From the NCBI GenBank assembly GCA_049424145.1, contig JBMSSC010000092.1, forward strand, positions 1 to 11,097: 11,097 nt of DNA, read 5' to 3'. Both the position numbers and the translations under genes were made by a program. Under the pieces are notes generated by a model. The model made no database searches and was not told the origin of the DNA. It saw only the letters and a list, made by a program, of their open reading frames with translations. Within the stretch, counting starts at the first letter, position 1. Each line of letters opens with the position of its first letter. Below are positions 6,971-11,097 of this stretch, piece after piece. Source of the DNA: Bdellovibrionia bacterium. GTDB lineage: Bacteria > Bdellovibrionota > UBA1018.

Positions 6971-7608
6971 TAGGCTAAGTACTCCTCTAAGTCTTGAATT
7001 CCCTGCAGGGAACGGATTTCATAAAACCTCTGAGTGTGTTCTTTTTGAAATGCAGAGAGCCCATAGTCGTTCAATAGCATGTCCTTCGGTTTGGGCTGAA
7101 TCCTTTTGTCGTCGAGAGTTACCCTTTTCCCATCAAAACAAGCGTTCCTCGTGTCCCATTGGCTTGAGTTTTTTAAAACACTCGTGAGCGCAGGAGCTGA
7201 TTCTGATTGAAAGGCTCTCCAGAGCTGGGCGTAGTCGACGGGCAGATAGAAATCCCCTGAGGTGAGTAAAAAGCGATCGTGCAGTAAGTTCTGGTCATAG
7301 ACCCAGCTTAAGGCTCCGGCAGTTCCTCTCAGGTTTGGCCCTTCGTCAACGGTGTGGATTGGAAGCCCCCTCTTTTTCTCATCACCCACGAAGGCTTCGA
7401 TCCTCTCTCCTAAATACCCTGTAGATAAAATCACCTCTTGAATGCCTGAGGAGGCCAGAGGCTTGAGCTGATGATCAATGAACGGTTTTTCTAGAACAGG
7501 GATCATGGACTTGGGGTAACGCTCCGTAAGCGGTCTTAAGCAGGTGCCCAGACCACCGGCTAAAATGACCATTTGAACGGGTGCAGAGGGCTCAGCAGCG
7601 GTCAACAT
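6970..7608 (-). CDS. Sugar-phosphate nucleotidyltransferase (NTP_transferase family, HddC/MurU-like), probably degenerate
   Basis: Motifs VILAGGLGTCLRPLT..PKSMIPV..KPFIDHQL, GYLGERI, DEG..LRGTAGAL, GD.YLP and FYEI. RBS AAGGA. Several consensus residues are substituted. Confidence 0.8.
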   Translation of the reverse strand: MLTAAEPSAPVQMVILAGGLGTCLRPLTERYPKSMIPVLEKPFIDHQLKPLASSGIQEVILSTGYLGERIEAFVGDEKKRGLPIHTVDEGPNLRGTAGALSWVYDQNLLHDRFLLTSGDFYLPVDYAQLWRAFQSESAPALTSVLKNSSQWDTRNACFDGKRVTLDDKRIQPKPKDMLLNDYGLSAFQKEHTQRFYEIRSLQGIQDLEEYLA

Positions 7609-7780
7609 GGGGATTTCCTTTGAACAGGGATTTTAGTCGCAGCTGAGCTCCCTGTGCGGGAAGATAACTGGTGCCTTCCAGCAGACGAGCGGGATCGGCT
7701 CCTAAAAGCCACTTCGAGGACCGTCTGTCGGGGGATTTACTTTTTCTATCCGGGTTGAGAAATTTCACGCCTTCTGTCAT

Positions 7781-7801
7781 AAAAAGAAGCCCCGCTTTTT
7801 T
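7781..7801. terminator. Weak terminator-like hairpin with A and T tracts on either side
   Basis: AAAAAGAAGC-ccc-GCTTTTTT. The GC core is short. Confidence 0.3.
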
Positions 7802-7895
7802 CCCGGGTTGAGGGTCCTTCTGAGGCATCTCGGTGGGTGAGCAAAACCCGGGTTGAAGCCACCGAGAATTCAGAAGGATGACATCTGGGAGAGAA
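7796..7895. ncRNA. Long imperfect hairpin, candidate structured RNA of unknown family
   Basis: Nested helices TCCCGGGT (7801-7808)/ATCTGGGA (7883-7890), TCCTTCTGA (7815-7823)/TCAGAAGGA (7870-7878) and TCTCGGTGG (7828-7836)/CCACCGAGA (7859-7867). Confidence 0.35.
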
Positions 7896-7943
7896 ACAAA
7901 CATAGGCCAGTTGTAGCTGTTTTAGAGAGACTCCGCAACTGAC

Positions 7944-7971
7944 TTGCTTGAAGGGGGGGTTTTAGTTTAAT
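7944..7971 (+). promoter_or_regulatory. Putative sigma70 promoter (TTGCTT-N16-TTTAAT)
   Basis: Near-consensus -35 and -10 hexamers about 130 nt upstream of the 8100 start. Confidence 0.35.
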
Positions 7972-8099
7972 TGTTTTCTACGATCCTCTTGAATCCACTC
8001 TGGGAAGTTTCTCGGTCTCAAACCTCGGGCCTTAGGCTGATTTGGGGAGCTGAGAGAACTCAAAGAGATGAGGGAACTTACTAAGGAGCTTTTGATCAT

Positions 8100-8528
8100 A
8101 TGTTCAATTTCATTACCAAGAAGCTGGGTCAACTGGCTCAGTGGCTCATTGGTTCATCTGAGGCCACTCAAAAGCAGGAGGCCTCAAGACCGTTCATGAG
8201 GGTGGTTCGTCAAGGTTCAGCCATGCGCGTGATCTTCTTTTACCCTGGAGAGGAAGGGACCTACGTGGATCATGCGGATGTGACTTTGTATGAAAATGGA
8301 ATTGTTCACATTAAGTCGAATCAGGAAGAAACTACGACGCACTTGCAGAATTGTGAAATCCTCTGGAGATTTGAGACCGATGCCGATGATCGTGCCAATA
8401 AATTGCGGCTCTTAAAGCCCAAGGTCGACGCTCGTGCCAGTGAGGATTTCTTATCGGCTCATGAGCCTCGGACCGAGGGAAAGCCAAGTGTGATCCCCTC
8501 AGAGCCTCAGCAGGAGCCAGAGCTGTGA
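8100..8528 (+). CDS. Hypothetical protein (amphipathic N-terminal helix, small beta-rich core, disordered acidic/Pro-rich tail)
   Basis: 142-aa ORF with a strong TAAGGAG RBS. No family recognised. Confidence 0.75.
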   Translation: MFNFITKKLGQLAQWLIGSSEATQKQEASRPFMRVVRQGSAMRVIFFYPGEEGTYVDHADVTLYENGIVHIKSNQEETTTHLQNCEILWRFETDADDRANKLRLLKPKVDARASEDFLSAHEPRTEGKPSVIPSEPQQEPEL

Positions 8529-8563
8529 TCACCAGCTTCTGAGTTCATCTTTTCTCAAGCCCC

Positions 8564-9664
8564 ATGAAGTTCTTCCCGCGTTTAGTGGTTCTGTTTTTGA
8601 TCGGGCTGTTTCAGGAGGTTCTGGCTCAAGAGCCACCTCAGGAACTGGCGATTTACGTCTCCTCGGGTCTTCTGGCGTCGGGAGGCTTAGCCCAGCAGAT
8701 CATCCCTGAGTTTGAAAAAAAAGAGCATTGCAAGGTGCGAATGGGCTTTGCTGGGCAAGGGTCTCAAATCTTGAGCCGCTTGGCCCTCGAGTCGAGTCGT
8801 GGGTCGTTTCAAGCGGACCTTGTTTTAGGCGTGGATCAGAGTCTTTGGGAAAAAATAAAGCCCTGGGCCGATCTCTGGGAGAGGGGAGCCCCCCGGGGTT
8901 ACTCGGAGCTTCGCGAAGAAGTGAAGCTTGAGCCCGGTTTTTTGCCCTTTGGTTATGGAGTCCTGGCGCTCATGGTGGATCGGAAACAGCTGCAGGCTCG
9001 GGGCCTGACTCTTCCGAAAGAGCAGGTCATCTCCATTCAGGAGCTGCTTCAGCCCCAATGGAAACGCAGTCTGATCTTAGAGGACCCAAGGAGCTCGACC
9101 GTGGGCTTAGGATTTTTACTCTTCACTCAGACTCTGTTTGGGGATCGGGTTTGGGATTTCTGGAAGCAGCTTGCGCCCCAATGGCTCACTTTGGCTCCCG
9201 GCTGGGAGGCTGCCTATGGCCTTTTTTTAAGGCAGGAAGCACCTTGGGTCTGGAGCTATCTGACGAGCCAAGCCTATCACGCCACAGAGGATACAAAGAC
9301 CCAGGGAACCCAGACTCGCCCCGGACGCTACCAAGCTATTTTATTTCAAGAAGGTCAGCCCCTTCAAATCGAGGGAGCCGTGCTACTGAAGAAGCAAGCT
9401 CAAACTCCCGCTGAGACTCGACGGATGCAGTTGGCTCAGCGATTTCTAGAGTTTTTCATTTCGGTGGAGGTGCAGAAAAAAATTCCGCTTCAAGCCTGGA
9501 TGTTTCCGGTAAGAAAGTCCGTTGCGTTACCGGCAGTGTTTTTAGATTTACCCCAGCCTGTGAGTCTCATGGCGTTAAAACACTTTGGGAAATCCTCGGG
9601 TAAGCATCCGAACCCCTCAGTTCAGCAGGTGCTTCATGACTGGAAGCAAGCCGTCACCCGATGA
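8564..9664 (+). CDS. thiB: Thiamine ABC transporter periplasmic binding protein
   Basis: Signal peptide plus ADLVLGVD, LEDPRSSTVGLGFL (cf. DPRTSTPGLG), GWEAAYGLF, SYLTSQAYH (cf. SYTTSPAYH), QIEGA and WMFP. Overlaps the downstream permease gene by ATGA. Confidence 0.88.
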   Translation: MKFFPRLVVLFLIGLFQEVLAQEPPQELAIYVSSGLLASGGLAQQIIPEFEKKEHCKVRMGFAGQGSQILSRLALESSRGSFQADLVLGVDQSLWEKIKPWADLWERGAPRGYSELREEVKLEPGFLPFGYGVLALMVDRKQLQARGLTLPKEQVISIQELLQPQWKRSLILEDPRSSTVGLGFLLFTQTLFGDRVWDFWKQLAPQWLTLAPGWEAAYGLFLRQEAPWVWSYLTSQAYHATEDTKTQGTQTRPGRYQAILFQEGQPLQIEGAVLLKKQAQTPAETRRMQLAQRFLEFFISVEVQKKIPLQAWMFPVRKSVALPAVFLDLPQPVSLMALKHFGKSSGKHPNPSVQQVLHDWKQAVTR

Positions 9665-11097
9665 GAGTCTGGGAGCGATGGATGGCCGCTTTGGTTTGGG
9701 GATGGACCCTGGGGTTCATTCTGCTTTGCTTGGTCATCCCTCTTTCGACGCTTTTGGGGCACGCTCTCGGGGGACTGACCACTCCAGGCTGGTCTGATTC
9801 TTGGACCTGGGGGGTGTTCCGTTGCACGGCCGGGCTTGCGTTAAAAAGTGCTTTGCTCTCAGGAGTTTTAGGAACCGCTCTGGGCTTAGCCCTGGCTCAG
9901 GGGTTGGATGGGTCGTTGACGCCCGGTGGTTTTTTCAAACGCTTTTCACTGCGATTTTTTATTTTTCTTCGGTCTCTTCTTTTGATTCCTTATTCCGTTC
10001 CGACCGTGGTTGCGGCTCAAACGTGGGTGATTTGGTTGGGTCGTTCCGGGGTGCTCTCTTCCCTTCTTGCTCCCTGGGGTATTCAGGTGGATCTGCTGTA
10101 CTCCGCTCAGGCGGTCATCTGGGCCCAGGTTTTTTTTAACGTCCCATGGGTGGCTCATCAGGTGCTTCAGGCGAGAGTGCTCTTGCCTGAGACGTGGATT
10201 GAGGCCGCAAAAACCCTGGGGGCTTCCTCCATGCAGATTACGGGGAGATTGATTTTTCCCGCGCTTTCGGGGGTCATTCTCACCAGCCTGCTGCAGGTTT
10301 TCTCCGTGTGCACAATGAGTTTTGGCTTGGTGCTTTTACTGGGAGGGGGGCCGCCGGTGCAAACTTTAGAAGTGGAGCTGGTTCAAAGTTTAAGAGAAAA
10401 TCCACTTGATCTCAGTCGTCCCGTGTTTTTTGCTCTTTTAGAGCTACTTCTGTCCTGCGCCCCGTGGTTTTTAATTCTGCTGCTCAGGCGTTTTGGAAAA
10501 GAAAACACCTGGCAAGGGCATGACGTAAAGGCGTTTGGGTTCATTGAGCCCGTCCCCTCGATGAGCCCTAGGGCTTGGGCTCTGCTTGGGTGCGCATTAT
10601 TTTTTGTTCTTCCCTATGGAAGCGTTTTTTGGGGTTCGACCCTCTTTCATCGGGCGTCTGAAACTCAGTGGCACAGTGGCTTGACTGCTTTGAAAAACTC
10701 TTTATTTCTGGCAGGCTTAAGTGGGGGATTGACCTGTCTTTCCGCCACTTTTGCGATGCTTGCAATGGTTCATTTGCCTCAGTCCCTTCGCTGGCTTCAG
10801 ACTTCCCTTGTGTTTTTGCTGAGCCTACCTAGTGGAATCTCCATTCTGGTCTTAGCTCTTGGATTCTGGTTCAGCTACGGACTTTGGGTCGATCCCTTTG
10901 AGGGGAGCTTTCTGATCATTGCTCTGATTCAGATGACGAGTTTCATGCCCCTTGCGATTCGCATGCTATTTCCGCTCCTAGGAACCCTGCAGAGCCCATT
11001 GCATGAGGCTGCTCAAACATTGGGGGCCTCTTCTTTTCAGAGCTTTCTCATCCTCAATTGGCCCCGCTTAAGAAGCACAGTGATCAGCGTGTAGATC
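9661..11097 (+). CDS. thiP: Thiamine ABC transporter permease with two ABC TM domains (apparently runs to or past the right window edge)
   Basis: Multiple TM helices, LIPYSVPTVVAA, AQVFFNVP, two EAA loops (EAAKTLGAS, EAAQTLGAS) and SFGLVLLLGGGP..TLEV typical of ThiP. Lies directly after thiB. A TAG at 11092-11094 ends the ORF shortly after the second EAA loop, so the 3' end is uncertain. Confidence 0.85.

Noticed and set aside
7750..7860. CRISPR or other guide-RNA array
   Set aside because: The repeats are only 9-10 bp, there are three copies with uneven spacing, and no cas or other effector gene lies in the window.
7592..7903. 103-aa minus-strand ORF upstream of the nucleotidyltransferase
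   Set aside because: No RBS and no recognisable family (no convincing GmhB or kinase remnant), and it coincides with strong hairpins. Not fully excluded.
7884..7945. Cobalamin riboswitch-like CCGCAACTG
   Set aside because: The other B12-element features (GGGAA..GGTG.AA.TCC and the downstream AG.CAG.A.ACC) are missing.
1195..10765. Numerous short alternative-frame or antisense ORFs (e.g. 2640-2981, 4730-5119, 6182-6592, 9058-9414, 9801-10139)
   Set aside because: They are shadows lying within or across well-supported genes and have no motifs of their own.

Overview
Bacterial chromosomal window with no sign of phage, IS, CRISPR, tRNA or rRNA. The gene mix is loosely reminiscent of Bdellovibrionota/delta-proteobacteria, but that is only an impression. 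From left to right: (1) the 5' part of a CysZ/EI24-like membrane protein gene (minus strand, missed by the ORF track); (2) two tandem paralogous secreted SRPBCC/START-fold proteins followed by a hairpin terminator; (3) a minus-strand unit of ElaB/YqjD-like, YqjK-like, MBL-fold hydrolase and TonB-family genes; (4) a lone homogentisate 1,2-dioxygenase; (5) a minus-strand unit of an apparently decaying nucleotidyltransferase, a CinA with a degenerate C-terminal deamidase domain and a small coiled-coil/PC4-like protein; (6) a hairpin-rich ~490-bp intergenic region with a thrice-repeated CCGGGTTGA motif, a candidate ncRNA or leader; (7) a hypothetical protein; (8) the thiamine ABC transporter genes thiB and thiP (thiP runs off the window). 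I see no clear new system. The best leads are the structured intergenic region, the eroded nucleotidyltransferase-CinA-small protein unit and the secreted START-fold pair.
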